Assembly (NCBI GenBank): GCA_902463315.1
Contig: CABQFB010000001.1
Span: forward strand, 28,130-92,129
Direction of reading: 5' to 3'
DNA length: 64,000 nt
DNA from: an uncultured Methanobrevibacter sp.
GTDB taxonomy: Archaea > Methanobacteriota > Methanobacteria > Methanobacteriales > Methanobacteriaceae
The position numbers and the translations under genes were made by a program. The notes below the pieces were generated by a model that did no database searches, was not told the origin of the DNA, and saw nothing but the letters and a program-made list of their open reading frames with translations. Of this stretch, positions 1 to 9,840 are shown piece after piece. Every line of letters starts with the position of its first letter. The stretch's first letter is position 1.

Positions 1-417
1 ATATTAGATAGAGTTTTGTATTCTCCTGTTTTTTATCCAACAGATTATGGTTTTATTCCCAAGTCTTTGTATTATGATGGTGATCCAATGGATGTTTTAG
101 TTTTAGTAGAACATCCTACATTTTCTGGTTGTCTTGTTGATGTAAGGCCTATTGGTGTTTTAGGAATGATAGATAATGGCGATAAGGATTATAAAATATT
201 AGCAGTACCAGTTGACGACCCCCATTATAATGAGGTTTATGACATTAATGATGTTTCAAAGCATCTTTTAAAAGAAATTGAACATTTTTTTAGCATGTAT
301 AAACACCTTGAAGAAAAAGAAGTTGAGACATTAGGTTGGAAAGGTGCAGATATTGCTAAAAAAGAAATTATTGAATCTTTAGATTTATTTAATAAAAAAT
401 ATGAATATGAGGGATAA
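1..417 (+). CDS. ppa: Inorganic pyrophosphatase, family I (5' end outside window)
   Basis: ORF 16..417 reads through the window start. Motifs YPxxYGFIP, DGDPxDVLVL and IGVLxMID are typical of soluble PPase. Confidence 0.85.
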   Translation: MLDRVLYSPVFYPTDYGFIPKSLYYDGDPMDVLVLVEHPTFSGCLVDVRPIGVLGMIDNGDKDYKILAVPVDDPHYNEVYDINDVSKHLLKEIEHFFSMYKHLEEKEVETLGWKGADIAKKEIIESLDLFNKKYEYEG

Positions 418-419
418 TC

Positions 420-986
420 TTGTATCACATGACAAAAATTGAGGACACTGTAAGAATTCCACCTAACAAATTTGATGAGCCTCTTGAAGAAGTAGCTCTC
501 CAAACTTTAAATGACACTTATGATAGTCATTTAGATAAAGATTTGGGTTTACTTATTTGTGTTAATGAAATTGAAGAAATTGGTGAAGGTAAACTTATTA
601 TGGGTGATGGAGCTTCATACCATAACGTTGTGTTTAATGCAGTTTTCTTCAAACCTGAACAACATGAAGTAATTGATGGTGAAGTTAATGATATAACCGG
701 TTTCGGTGCTTTTATAAGAATTGGCCCTATGGAAGCTTTAGTTCATGTTTCTCAAGTTACTGACGATTACATTAACTATGATTCTAAAGGTGAGACTCTT
801 ATCGCAAGCGAATCTAATAAAACTCTTTCTAAAGGAGACATGGTTAGATCAAGAATTGTAGCAATTAGTCTTAAAGATAAATCTACTAAAAATACTAAAA
901 TTGGTCTTACTATGAGACAAAATGGTTTAGGTAGGTTTGAATGGATTGAACAGGCTAAGAATAAAAGCAAGAAGGGTAAAAAATGA
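420..986 (+). CDS. rpoE: DNA-directed RNA polymerase subunit E' (Rpo7) with S1 domain
   Basis: 188 aa. The N-terminus resembles Rpo7, there is an S1-like fold (GxV.G...V.GF.VF) and a K-rich tail. It lies in the conserved archaeal rpoE-spt4 neighbourhood. Confidence 0.8.
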   Translation: MYHMTKIEDTVRIPPNKFDEPLEEVALQTLNDTYDSHLDKDLGLLICVNEIEEIGEGKLIMGDGASYHNVVFNAVFFKPEQHEVIDGEVNDITGFGAFIRIGPMEALVHVSQVTDDYINYDSKGETLIASESNKTLSKGDMVRSRIVAISLKDKSTKNTKIGLTMRQNGLGRFEWIEQAKNKSKKGKK

Positions 987-1159
987 ATGCTTGTACTCAT
1001 TGTAAAAGATTAACAACAAAAGATGTTTGTGACGTTTGTAATAATCCTACTTCTGATAATTGGAGTGGTCTTTTAATCATAACTGATCCAGAAGAATCAG
1101 AATTAGCTAAAGAATTAAATATTGAACTTCCTGGTGAATATTGTTTAATTGTAAGATAG
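983..1159 (+). CDS. spt4: Transcription elongation factor Spt4 (RpoE'')
   Basis: 58-aa ORF absent from the ORF track because it is under 60 aa. Sequence is [20 protein letters not shown]...[32 protein letters not shown]. It has a C4 zinc ribbon, a PGxY motif, and overlaps the rpoE stop in an ATGA arrangement. Confidence 0.75.
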   Translation: MNACTHCKRLTTKDVCDVCNNPTSDNWSGLLIITDPEESELAKELNIELPGEYCLIVR

Positions 1160-1169
1160 AGGTTTTATT

Positions 1170-1679
1170 TTGTATAGTTTAGATCCAGAATTAAATAAAG
1201 ATATAATAGCAGAACTTAAGATTCCTTTAGGAACTTTATATCCTGAATTTAGGGATGCTTTAGATGAAATTACAGCTGCTAAATTTTTAATTTCTGCTGG
1301 TGATGAAACTTTTAAGAATCTTATTAATAATGATATAATACCTGATGTAGGAATTATTGATAATTTAATTCAAAGAAAAAATCATAATTATAATTTATTA
1401 GCAATAGAAAACATTGTTAAAGCTATAAATCCTCCAGGAACTATTACTCAGAATCTATGGGAAACCATAGAAAAATCTATAGAATTAGCTGAAAATGGCG
1501 ATAATCAGCTAATTATTGTAGATGGGGAAGAAGATCTTGCTGTTCTTCCTTGCATTATACTAGCTCCTGATGATACTATTGTATTATATGGACAACCTAA
1601 TGAGGGGTTGGTAGTTTTGAATGTTTCTGACCTAAGAATAAAAGCTCAAGAGCTTTTAGACGGTTTTATAAAAGAATAG
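1170..1679 (+). CDS. DUF359 protein, archaeal GTP-dependent dephospho-CoA kinase
   Basis: 169 aa, sitting directly after spt4 as in the conserved archaeal arrangement. Family assignment rests on position plus general DUF359 similarity. Confidence 0.6.
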   Translation: MYSLDPELNKDIIAELKIPLGTLYPEFRDALDEITAAKFLISAGDETFKNLINNDIIPDVGIIDNLIQRKNHNYNLLAIENIVKAINPPGTITQNLWETIEKSIELAENGDNQLIIVDGEEDLAVLPCIILAPDDTIVLYGQPNEGLVVLNVSDLRIKAQELLDGFIKE

Positions 1680-1689
1680 AGGTTAAAGT

Positions 1690-2016
1690 ATGGAAATTAC
1701 TATTATTGAAGAAAAGGATAATAAAATCTTCAAAAGAAATGAAGTAAAGTTTTTTGTAGAATATGAAGGGGAAGCAACTCCTAAAATTTTAGATATTAAA
1801 GCAAAACTAGTAGCTTTATTAAATACTAAAAAAGATTTAATTGTAGTTGACAATGTTCAACCTCAATATGGTGAACCTAAAGCACATGGTTATGCAAAAA
1901 TCTATGAAACTCCTGCAGATTTAAAATACATTGAAACTGAATCTGTCATATCTAAAAATACTGAAGCTGAAGAACCTGTTGAAGAACCTGCTGAGGAAGA
2001 AGAAGCTGAAGAATAG
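1690..2016 (+). CDS. rps24e: 30S ribosomal protein S24e
   Basis: 108 aa. N-terminal pattern I.I...K.N.L..R.E..F...YEG.TP is typical of S24e, followed by an acidic C-tail. Confidence 0.85.
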   Translation: MEITIIEEKDNKIFKRNEVKFFVEYEGEATPKILDIKAKLVALLNTKKDLIVVDNVQPQYGEPKAHGYAKIYETPADLKYIETESVISKNTEAEEPVEEPAEEEEAEE

Positions 2017-2030
2017 ATGGAGGTTATTAT

Positions 2031-2183
2031 ATGAAAGTATCTAGTCTTTATAAAGTAGATGGCGACAAAGTAGAAAGAAAAAATAAATTCTGTCCACGTT
2101 GCGGTGATGGCGTATTTATGGCTGATCATGGTGATAGATATGCTTGTGGTAAATGTGGATTTACTGAAATGAAAAAAGATTAA
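2031..2183 (+). CDS. rps27ae: 30S ribosomal protein S27ae
   Basis: 50-aa [53 protein letters not shown] with a C4 zinc ribbon, 14 bp after rps24e. Confidence 0.8.
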   Translation: MKVSSLYKVDGDKVERKNKFCPRCGDGVFMADHGDRYACGKCGFTEMKKD

Positions 2184-2236
2184 TTATCTAATCTTTTTTT
2201 CATTATTCTTTTTTTTTAAAAAAAAAGGTGATTATT

Positions 2237-3655
2237 GTGGCTATTAGAGACGGAAGACTTAAAACTGAAATGACTGATGAAGCTGCAGATTATAATTCAT
2301 CTTTAGAATTTGATAAAATTATTTTTGAAGCCGATATTAAAACTAATTTTGCCCACACTTCAATGCTTAAAAATGAAAATATTATTGATAGTGAAACTGC
2401 CGATAAAATATTAGAAGCTTTAGATAAACTTAAAGAAGAAGGTATTGATGCACTTGTGTTAGATAATTCAGTTGAAGATGTGCATATGGCTATTGAAAAA
2501 TATGTTATTGATATTGTAGGTCCTGAGGCAGGCTTTATGCATACTGCAAAATCAAGAAATGATCAGGTAGCCACTGACCTCAGACTTGTTTTACGTGAAA
2601 GAATTAGAAATATCCAAATCGGTATTTTAAATTTCATTGAAGGTATTGTTGAATTTGCTAAAGACCATTTAGAAACTGTTTTCATTGGTTATACTCACCT
2701 TCAACATGCGCAACCTATTACGGTTGCTCATCATTTAATGGCTCATGTTCAAAGTCTAAAAAGAGATTATGAACGTTTAGATGATACTTATAAACGCGTA
2801 AACTTAAATCCTTTAGGTTCTGCAGCTATGACTACTACTAGCTTTCCGATTAATAGAGAATTAACTACTAAATTACTTGGTTTTGACGGATATCTTGAAA
2901 ATTCTATGGATGGTGTTTCTGCAAGAGATTTTATTGCTGAAACCGTTTTTGATTTATCTTGTTTATGTACTACTTTATCTAAGATTTGTGAAGAGCTTAT
3001 TTTATGGAGCACTTATGAGTTTGGTATTGTTGAGATTTCAGATGAATATTCATCAACTTCTTCCATCATGCCTCAAAAGAAAAATCCAGATATAGCTGAA
3101 CTTGCACGTGGTAAATCTGCTACTGTTACTGGTGAGTTAATTACTATTTTAACTATTTTAAAAGCTATTCCATACACTTATAACAAGGATTTGCAGGAGA
3201 TTACTCCTCATTTATGGAATGCATGTGATGTAGCTGAATCTACTCTCAGTATTGTAACCAAAATGTTATTGTCTGTCGAGTTTAATGAAGATAGATGTTT
3301 GGAATTAGCTGGTAAGAATTTTGCAACCGCTACTGATTTAGCTGATATCATGGTTCGCGAAAAGGGTATTCCTTTTAGAACAGCTCATCAGATTGTTGGT
3401 AGAATTGTTAATGAAGCTAGTGAACAGGATTTAAGTGAAGAAGATATCACTTCTTCCTATATTGATAATATAGCTATGGATTTAGGTTTTGATAAACTTG
3501 AACTTGATGACGAATTAGTTAAAAAAGCTCTTAATCCTTTAGAAAATGTTAAAATGAGAAAAATTCCAGGAGGCCCTTCTCCAGAAATGGTTAAGCTGGC
3601 AATGGATAACATTGGTATTTTTTTAGATGAAGAGTATGAAAAAAGAGGGATTTAA
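2237..3655 (+). CDS. argH: Argininosuccinate lyase
   Basis: Fumarate lyase signature region ([11 protein letters not shown]) and full-length lyase. The GTG start at 2237 is preferred over the upstream ATG because the GGTGA Shine-Dalgarno is correctly spaced. Confidence 0.9.
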   Translation: MAIRDGRLKTEMTDEAADYNSSLEFDKIIFEADIKTNFAHTSMLKNENIIDSETADKILEALDKLKEEGIDALVLDNSVEDVHMAIEKYVIDIVGPEAGFMHTAKSRNDQVATDLRLVLRERIRNIQIGILNFIEGIVEFAKDHLETVFIGYTHLQHAQPITVAHHLMAHVQSLKRDYERLDDTYKRVNLNPLGSAAMTTTSFPINRELTTKLLGFDGYLENSMDGVSARDFIAETVFDLSCLCTTLSKICEELILWSTYEFGIVEISDEYSSTSSIMPQKKNPDIAELARGKSATVTGELITILTILKAIPYTYNKDLQEITPHLWNACDVAESTLSIVTKMLLSVEFNEDRCLELAGKNFATATDLADIMVREKGIPFRTAHQIVGRIVNEASEQDLSEEDITSSYIDNIAMDLGFDKLELDDELVKKALNPLENVKMRKIPGGPSPEMVKLAMDNIGIFLDEEYEKRGI

Positions 3656-3846
3656 TTCTCTTTTTTATCTTTTTCTTTTTCAAGCTCTTTTATATAATTT
3701 TCTTGAATTTCTTCAGCCATTTCTTTATTGCCTTCTATTATGGGGCCTATATATCCGCATGTGTAACATCGCCACATTGACCAATTTTGTGGTATTATCC
3801 ATTTTACATTTGTAGATCCGCATCTTGGACAGATTTTTCTCATCAT
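3652..3846 (-). CDS. Small zinc-ribbon protein (CPRCG...CYTCGY), hypothetical
   Basis: 64 aa with two CxxC pairs, 4 bp downstream of the PP-loop ATPase gene on the same strand. Confidence 0.5.
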   Translation of the reverse strand: MMRKICPRCGSTNVKWIIPQNWSMWRCYTCGYIGPIIEGNKEMAEEIQENYIKELEKEKDKKEN

Positions 3847-3850
3847 TTTA

Positions 3851-4870
3851 TCACCTTGTTTTATAGAAACTCCATATTAAATCTAGCGCTTCTCCAGGTT
3901 CTAGTGCTGAAGAACGTGTTTCTCTCAATATTCTCTGTATGGAGTATTTTTTAAAATGAGGATGTTTTTTATGTGTTTCATAAAGTAGTGGACATCCAAA
4001 TCCATCAAATTCTTTTACATCATATTTTCTAGTTATACTTTTTATTTCTTGTTTTCCTATTGCTAGACTAGCTGGCAGATTTAATCTTACTGTTTCTCCT
4101 TTTTGTTTTGTTAGGCATTGTGTTCCTGTTGAAAGCATATCGCCATAGATTACTAAGGGAATATTTTGCTTTTTTCCATATTTAAGTACTGTTTCTTCTA
4201 TGTTTTTTGAGCATCTGCCACATGGATGTATCTTCCCGTCTAATGATTCTCGTATTAGCTTAGAAGAATCGGTTTTTATATAATGGTGTTCTACATCCAG
4301 CTTTTTTACTAGAGCATCTATGTTTTTTTTAAATTGATTTGGAAGTATTATGGTTCCAGGATCAACGGTGACAGCTATTGGATTGAAGCCTAATTTTTTT
4401 GCAATGATTAATGAAAAACTACTATCTACTCCACCGGAAAATGCAACTATTGCATCCTGTGTATCACTTTCTTTATTTTCATACATAGACAGGTATCTAC
4501 TTAGGTAAAATTGATAGAGTTTTTCAAGTTTTTCATTAATTAATGCCCGAAGTCGTTGTATTCCAAGAGTATTATTTTCAAAATTATCCATTGTTTTTTT
4601 AGATAATTCTAATTTATATTTCTTTAATAGAAAATCGTCATAGCTTTCAACATGAATTTTATTTATTCCTATTTTTTCTCTAAGCTTTCCAACAACCCAA
4701 CCGCCTTTCCCTATTATTGAGGATTTATCTGGCCGGTCTTCTGTTATTATCCATAGCTCGTTCATATTTTCATCAAAGTAAATGTCCTTAATGTGTATGT
4801 CGTTTGGTTCGTGACCTATTTCTAATCTAATCAGGTTAATCTCATCTAATAGAGTTTCTTTGGAATACAC
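3851..4870 (-). CDS. N-terminal KH domain fused to a PP-loop ATP pyrophosphatase, uncharacterised
   Basis: SGGVDSS PP-loop motif. The KH-like GKGGWVVGKLREKIG motif (GxxG) lies near the N-terminus. A C-terminal HPCGRCSK cysteine pair is present. Start is GTG. Confidence 0.6.
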   Translation of the reverse strand: MYSKETLLDEINLIRLEIGHEPNDIHIKDIYFDENMNELWIITEDRPDKSSIIGKGGWVVGKLREKIGINKIHVESYDDFLLKKYKLELSKKTMDNFENNTLGIQRLRALINEKLEKLYQFYLSRYLSMYENKESDTQDAIVAFSGGVDSSFSLIIAKKLGFNPIAVTVDPGTIILPNQFKKNIDALVKKLDVEHHYIKTDSSKLIRESLDGKIHPCGRCSKNIEETVLKYGKKQNIPLVIYGDMLSTGTQCLTKQKGETVRLNLPASLAIGKQEIKSITRKYDVKEFDGFGCPLLYETHKKHPHFKKYSIQRILRETRSSALEPGEALDLIWSFYKTR

Positions 4871-4954
4871 TTTTTTTCACCTACTTATCAACAAATAGTA
4901 AAATATATAGTTAATTAATATTATATTCAATATTATAATAATTATGGTTGTGTT

Positions 4955-5575
4955 TTGATGGTTAAATTTTTAGGTCAAATTGGTAGTTCAGATGATGTAA
5001 GAAATTATCATATGCCTCGTTTTCCTTCTTCTGAAAACATTAAATTTGGAGTGAATTATAAAGAAGGCTCTAAACCACCTATAATTGGAAATAATTATAC
5101 TATTCGTTCTAATTCCATCATTTATAATGATGTTGTTATTGGTAATAATTTTAAAACAGGCCATAATGTTGTTATTAGAGAAAACACCAATATTGGAAAT
5201 GATGTGTTAATTGGAACTAATACTGTAATTGAAGGAGATGTGACAATTGGGGATAATGTAAGTATTCAATCTAATGTTTACATTCCTACAAATTCTATTA
5301 TTGAGGATAATGTTTTTATTGGTCCATGTGCTTGTTTTACTAATGATAAATACCCAGTTCGTGTAAACTATAAACTTCAAGGACCAAGAATAAGAAGAGG
5401 AGCTTCTATTGGAGGAAATACTACATTTTTATCAGATGTTGAAGTTTGCGAAGGTGCAATTGTAGCTGCTGGTGCTATTGTTATTCATAGTGTTCCACCT
5501 TTTTATCTAGCTATTGGAACCCCAGCTAAAATTAAACCATTACCTGACCATCTAAAAGTACCAAACATGATCTAA
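4955..5575 (+). CDS. Hexapeptide-repeat (left-handed beta-helix) acyl/acetyltransferase
   Basis: Many tandem [LIV]-G-x-x-x-x-I hexapeptides, for example [29 protein letters not shown]. Confidence 0.6.
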   Translation: MMVKFLGQIGSSDDVRNYHMPRFPSSENIKFGVNYKEGSKPPIIGNNYTIRSNSIIYNDVVIGNNFKTGHNVVIRENTNIGNDVLIGTNTVIEGDVTIGDNVSIQSNVYIPTNSIIEDNVFIGPCACFTNDKYPVRVNYKLQGPRIRRGASIGGNTTFLSDVEVCEGAIVAAGAIVIHSVPPFYLAIGTPAKIKPLPDHLKVPNMI

Positions 5576-5643
5576 TTCATGTTTGTTTCAAAAGAAATAA
5601 TGAAATAAATGTTATTTTAATAATTTTGATTAATTTTACCTTA

Positions 5644-5656
5644 AAGTTTATATAGT
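5644..5656 (+). promoter_or_regulatory. Archaeal BRE/TATA-like box (AAAGTTTATATAG) upstream of the rubredoxin cluster
   Basis: Matches the archaeal TATA consensus TTTATATA preceded by a purine-rich BRE, about 50 nt upstream of the first rubredoxin ATG. Confidence 0.4.
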
Positions 5657-5702
5657 AAGAAATATTATTACTATAATATTAACCTAGTAGGAGAAATTTA
5701 TT

Positions 5703-5864
5703 ATGAGTAAATGGAAATGTAAACTCTGTGGATATGTATATGATGAAGAAGTAGGCGAACCTGATAGACAAATCGATGCAGGTACAAGTTTTGAAAGTCT
5801 TCCAGATTCATATAAATGTCCAATTTGTGGTGCAGCAAAAAGTATGTTTGCTAAATTAGAATAA
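5703..5864 (+). CDS. rub: Rubredoxin (copy 1)
   Basis: 53 aa: MSKWKCKLCGYVYDEE...PDSYKCPICGAAK. It carries the CxxCG...CPxCG rubredoxin motifs and a GGAG-type Shine-Dalgarno. Confidence 0.85.
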   Translation: MSKWKCKLCGYVYDEEVGEPDRQIDAGTSFESLPDSYKCPICGAAKSMFAKLE

Positions 5865-5882
5865 AATTAGAGGTGATTTAAT

Positions 5883-6053
5883 ATGGTAGATATGGTATGT
5901 TATGTTTGTAAAGTATGTGGATATGTATATGACCCACAAAAAGGCGATGACGCAGCAGGTATTGCACCAGGAACTTCTTTCCAAGATTTACCTGATGATT
6001 GGGTTTGCCCACTTTGTGGTGTAGGTAAAGATCAATTCGAACAACAAGATTAG
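5883..6053 (+). CDS. rub: Rubredoxin (copy 2)
   Basis: Contains [10 protein letters not shown]...[12 protein letters not shown]. Alternative in-frame ATGs exist at 5892 and 5898. Confidence 0.8.
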   Translation: MVDMVCYVCKVCGYVYDPQKGDDAAGIAPGTSFQDLPDDWVCPLCGVGKDQFEQQD

Positions 6054-6096
6054 TTTTTTAAATAAAAAACTAATTTACTATTTTTTGGTGCTTTTT

Positions 6097-6255
6097 ATGG
6101 AAAAATGGAAATGTAGAAAATGTGGTTATGTTTATGACCCTGAAAAAGGAGCTCCAGGTTATAAAGCAGGATTAGAATTTGAAGAATTAAAAGAATCTTT
6201 TAAATGTCCAACCTGTAAGGCTTCAAAATCAATGTTTAGGAAGATGAGAAGTTAA
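6097..6255 (+). CDS. rub: Rubredoxin (copy 3)
   Basis: MEKWKCRKCGYVYDPEKG...FKCPTCKASK. Confidence 0.85.
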   Translation: MEKWKCRKCGYVYDPEKGAPGYKAGLEFEELKESFKCPTCKASKSMFRKMRS

Positions 6256-6857
6256 TTCTCAATTTTCTTTAATGCTTTTCTATTTTTGTATTTAGCACTA
6301 ACTTTTGATGTAAATTTTTTAAAAAGATTTGCAACATCAATATTATTAGCACTTATTACTTCATAGTTAATATTTTCACTAAAATCTTTATTAATGACAG
6401 TCAGTTTGTTGTCTCTTATTTCCTTTTCAACAATTTTCATGTCAACATATTCAAATTTTATTGTGTAAACGTCATAAAATTCAATTTCAATAATTTTACT
6501 GTTGTTAATAGCTTCAAGTACAGATTTGCTATAGGCTCTTACAAGTCCTCCAGCACCTAGTTTTATTCCACCGAAATAGCGGGTAACAATAGCGGTTATA
6601 TTCTGAAGTTCATTTTTTTTAAGGGCATTTATCATTGGTTTTCCAGCAGTCCCACTAGGTTCACCATTATCGTCATAGCCTTCCCCATCTTCGGTTATGT
6701 ACGCTGTACAGTTATGTGTAGCGTCGTGATATTCCTCAGATATTTTTTGAATTATTTGTTTACTTTCTGCTTTTGTTGTTGTTGGAAATAATCTACATAT
6801 AAATTGGGATTTTTTAATTTTAATTTCGCTTTGACTGTTTTCTGCTATTGTTTTCAT
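6252..6857 (-). CDS. IMPACT/YigZ family protein (UPF0029)
   Basis: Contains ...KKSQFICRLFP...HNCTAYI...GEPSGTAGKPM..., typical of the YigZ N-terminal domain. The start was chosen at the internal M (MKTIAEN) to avoid overlapping the divergent neighbour. Confidence 0.65.
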   Translation of the reverse strand: MKTIAENSQSEIKIKKSQFICRLFPTTTKAESKQIIQKISEEYHDATHNCTAYITEDGEGYDDNGEPSGTAGKPMINALKKNELQNITAIVTRYFGGIKLGAGGLVRAYSKSVLEAINNSKIIEIEFYDVYTIKFEYVDMKIVEKEIRDNKLTVINKDFSENINYEVISANNIDVANLFKKFTSKVSAKYKNRKALKKIEN

Positions 6858-6919
6858 GATATTGCCTATTTTTATAATAATATTTAAATAAAGTTTATAC
6901 CAATAGTTATATTTAATTA

Positions 6920-7294
6920 ATGATGAAGGTGATAAAATTGTCAAAAAAATCAGCTGCAGTACTTGTTGTTTTTGTAGTGGCCATTATTGCTTTTTGTTTA
7001 GCTAATGTATTTGCAGGAATGGTTGGTACTTATTCCTTAAATCTCTTTAATGATGACAATGCAACCGAATTAAATACTACTAATAATAGTTCAACAAATA
7101 TTGAGGTAAATACTCATTCTAGTGTTTCTTCTAGTGATTCTCCTTCTGAGGATGTTTATGTATCAAACCAGGATAATCATCAACAAGATACTGATAATAA
7201 TAAACCATCTAATCCGCCTAGTGAGGAGGATTCTACTGGTGATGGAGATCATTCAGACAGTAATCATTTAACTTCTAGTTCCCATAACAATTAA
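6920..7294 (+). CDS. Membrane-anchored, S/T/N/D-rich low-complexity protein, hypothetical
   Basis: N-terminal hydrophobic anchor (AAVLVVFVVAIIAFCLA) followed by a compositionally biased tail. An alternative TTG start at 6938 sits behind GGTGA. Confidence 0.4.
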   Translation: MMKVIKLSKKSAAVLVVFVVAIIAFCLANVFAGMVGTYSLNLFNDDNATELNTTNNSSTNIEVNTHSSVSSSDSPSEDVYVSNQDNHQQDTDNNKPSNPPSEEDSTGDGDHSDSNHLTSSSHNN

Positions 7295-7316
7295 ATCATT
7301 ACTCTTTCTTTTTTTT

Positions 7317-8015
7317 TTAAAAATCTAATAGCTTTTCAGTATCAAATATTACGGAGTTAATAGATAAATCAAAGAGTTGTTTTCCATATATTTCGTCCAC
7401 ATAAACTCCATTTTCTTTGACATCAATTGCACCTGCTTCGATGTTTGGGTCATTTTTACGAGCTTTATTGAATCCATATAGACCAACTTCTTCATATTTC
7501 TCTAGGTTGGTTTGGTTTTCAATTTCCTCCTCATTAATTATCCCTAAAACTCGACCCATAGATAATTCCCCACTACCTCCATGAGGTCCTTCTGACTCAA
7601 TCATTTTATTATTTAAAATTACAATTAAATCAGTTGCATCTTCAATATTAGCTAATTCAGTAGCTATCGGAATATTTCCACCATGAGCATTTACAATAAT
7701 TACTTTTTCAATACCTAGATAATGTTTAGCACTATTTAATGTATTGATGATATTATCTCTTAATTCTTCCAGAGGCACATGTTTTCCATGATTAATTTCG
7801 TCTAATTCATGTGCAGGATAGATTATTCCTAGAAATTTAGCTCCACATTTAAGGGATGCTTCAAGAGCAATATATGCAGCTATTTTCGCATCTGTATCAA
7901 TTGGAAGTGCAGGACCATGATTTTCCAAATGTGATCCAAGAGCAATTATTCCAATTTTATGAATATTTGGGTTATGTACATTTCCTGCTGATAATCTTAA
8001 TTCAACCATTTTCAA
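7317..8015 (-). CDS. Creatininase-family amidohydrolase (possibly the ArfB formamide hydrolase of methanogen riboflavin/F420 biosynthesis)
   Basis: GIIALGSHLENHGPALP...VNAHGGN motifs fit the creatininase fold. The ArfB assignment is by analogy to the MJ0116 family. Confidence 0.6.
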   Translation of the reverse strand: MKMVELRLSAGNVHNPNIHKIGIIALGSHLENHGPALPIDTDAKIAAYIALEASLKCGAKFLGIIYPAHELDEINHGKHVPLEELRDNIINTLNSAKHYLGIEKVIIVNAHGGNIPIATELANIEDATDLIVILNNKMIESEGPHGGSGELSMGRVLGIINEEEIENQTNLEKYEEVGLYGFNKARKNDPNIEAGAIDVKENGVYVDEIYGKQLFDLSINSVIFDTEKLLDF

Positions 8016-8018
8016 TCC

Positions 8019-8504
8019 TCACATTTCAAAGTTCCAGATATTGTCTCCTACATAATGTTTTGTTTCAATTGCTTTTCCTGAATCATTTTCAACCATTTCT
8101 GGACCAGTTATAAGACTAACACCAATAGCTAATGGTTTTTTATGAGTTTCATCAACGATTAAAACAATATCTCCTTTTTTAATATTGTCATCAGCAGCTA
8201 CAATTCCAGGGCTCATTACATCAGCACCGTTAGTTAGAAATCTTATAGCTCCTTTATCTACTTCTACAGTTTTTGCTTCAAATTCATTAGCTAGTGCTGC
8301 TTTAAGTGTTGGAAAGTATTCTCCATCTATTTTTATTAAGTTTGGTTCATTATCAACTAATATGAATGAATAAGGTTCAGCTTCTAAAATTTCAATATTC
8401 TTCTTATTTTCAAGTATTGTTTGATATTCACCAAGTTCTTTTTTTATCTCTTTTATTTTCTTTTTTTTTAAAAAATTTCTTTTTTTCACTTTCATTTTCT
8501 TCAT
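8019..8504 (-). CDS. PUA-domain RNA-binding protein with a Lys-rich N-terminus
   Basis: C-terminal PUA-like block GADVMSPGIV...KGDIVLIVDE...PLAIGVS. Confidence 0.55.
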   Translation of the reverse strand: MKKMKVKKRNFLKKKKIKEIKKELGEYQTILENKKNIEILEAEPYSFILVDNEPNLIKIDGEYFPTLKAALANEFEAKTVEVDKGAIRFLTNGADVMSPGIVAADDNIKKGDIVLIVDETHKKPLAIGVSLITGPEMVENDSGKAIETKHYVGDNIWNFEM

Positions 8505-8740
8505 CTCTCTTTAGTTGCTATAATATTATTTATAGGTAAACTATATAATAATTTATATAGCTTATTTTTTTTATCAGAATCATGGATTTCAATTACATTT
8601 ATATATTAGTTTAGTCATATAATTTATTATTAGTTTTAATTAGGTCTATTTCTAGTCTAATTAGATTACTTGGCTATGAAAAATCTGGTTATTTTTTATA
8701 GTTTGCATTTTGAATTTTAAATTAAATAGTAATAATATAG

Positions 8741-8980
<240 letters not shown>

Positions 8981-9055
8981 TACTATTATGCTGTTGTATA
9001 TGTTTTAATTTCTAAAACATATTTTATTTATTATTTAGTTAAAGGAGGTGTATCG

Positions 9056-9244
9056 ATGTCAAAGGGAACTCCATCAATGGGTAAAAAGAATAAAAAGACC
9101 CATATTAGATGTAGAAGATGCGGTAGAAACACTTACCACATACGTAAAAAAGTTTGTGCTTCTTGTGGTTTTGGCAAATCCAAAAAACTCAGAAGATACA
9201 GCTGGCAAAACAAAAAACCAACTACTAGACAAAGATTAGTATAA
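9056..9244 (+). CDS. rpl37e: 50S ribosomal protein L37e
   Basis: [40 protein letters not shown], the classic L37e zinc ribbon. Confidence 0.9.
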   Translation: MSKGTPSMGKKNKKTHIRCRRCGRNTYHIRKKVCASCGFGKSKKLRRYSWQNKKPTTRQRLV

Positions 9245-9260
9245 TTTATCTTTGTTTAGA

Positions 9261-9300
9261 GAGATTACTATTTAATTGTAATCTCAAAAAACTTATTTTT
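9261..9300 (+). terminator. Hairpin (GAGATTAC...GTAATCTC) plus T-tract downstream of rpl37e
   Basis: 8-bp perfect inverted repeat with a 9-nt loop, followed by AAAAAACTTATTTTTATTTT. It sits between convergent genes. Confidence 0.4.
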
Positions 9301-9372
9301 ATTTTAAATTATAGTATGATGAATATTTTATTGTTTTAAAAAGAGTTCATGCTTCACCATACTTACTTAATG

Positions 9373-9708
9373 TTATAATTCGTCTTCCACAGCATCCCAA
9401 AGATCTGTTGCCCAATTTTGCTTTCCATTAATTACCATATCTAGTAATCTTATTTTTCCTTCTTTAAACCGAAATAGTCTGTAATCGGTTGTTTTTTTAT
9501 CTTCTTTATTACAATCAAGGTATAATCCATCACTATATTCCTCTTCAAAATCTCCTGCTTTAACAAAATCTCCTACTAATGAGTATCCATTTTTAACACT
9601 CTTATCTAGTTCGGTTATTGTTTTCAACCATCCTCCGTCAGCTCTAAACTTCATATCTGGATCAATTTTTTCTATTTCTTCTTTCCAATTGCACATCATA
9701 TTTATCAC
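9373..9708 (-). CDS. Hypothetical protein, 111 aa
   Basis: Intact ORF with no recognisable motif. Confidence 0.35.
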   Translation of the reverse strand: MINMMCNWKEEIEKIDPDMKFRADGGWLKTITELDKSVKNGYSLVGDFVKAGDFEEEYSDGLYLDCNKEDKKTTDYRLFRFKEGKIRLLDMVINGKQNWATDLWDAVEDEL

Positions 9709-9840
9709 GTATTTTATAATTTGGTTTATGAAGTATTATTAAATAAATCTGAGAGCATTTGATTTCTAATATGGAACAATAAAAAATATTTATATATGGG
9801 ATTGTTCTATTATTACCATAATCAATTAGGAGATGATTAA

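Noticed and set aside
237-503. Antisense or shadow ORFs inside well-supported genes. Examples: 237..503(-), 776..1000(-), 1902..2129(-), 2788..3095, 11435..11644(-), 12888..13097(+), 13399..13886(+), 36583..37251(+), 41544..41981(-), 42075..42284(-), 43244..43462(+), 57129..57407(-).
   Set aside because: Each lies entirely within a longer ORF on the other strand or frame that has clear family signatures. The translations are low-complexity Ser/Leu/Ile-rich, typical of AT-rich shadow frames.
3627-3815. 62-aa plus-strand ORF overlapping the argH end and the zinc-ribbon gene
   Set aside because: Leu/Phe-rich shadow of the minus-strand zinc-ribbon ORF. No support.
9048-9239. 63-aa ORF overlapping rpl37e in another frame
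   Set aside because: rpl37e (9056..9244) has the unmistakable L37e zinc-ribbon sequence. The overlapping frame has no features.
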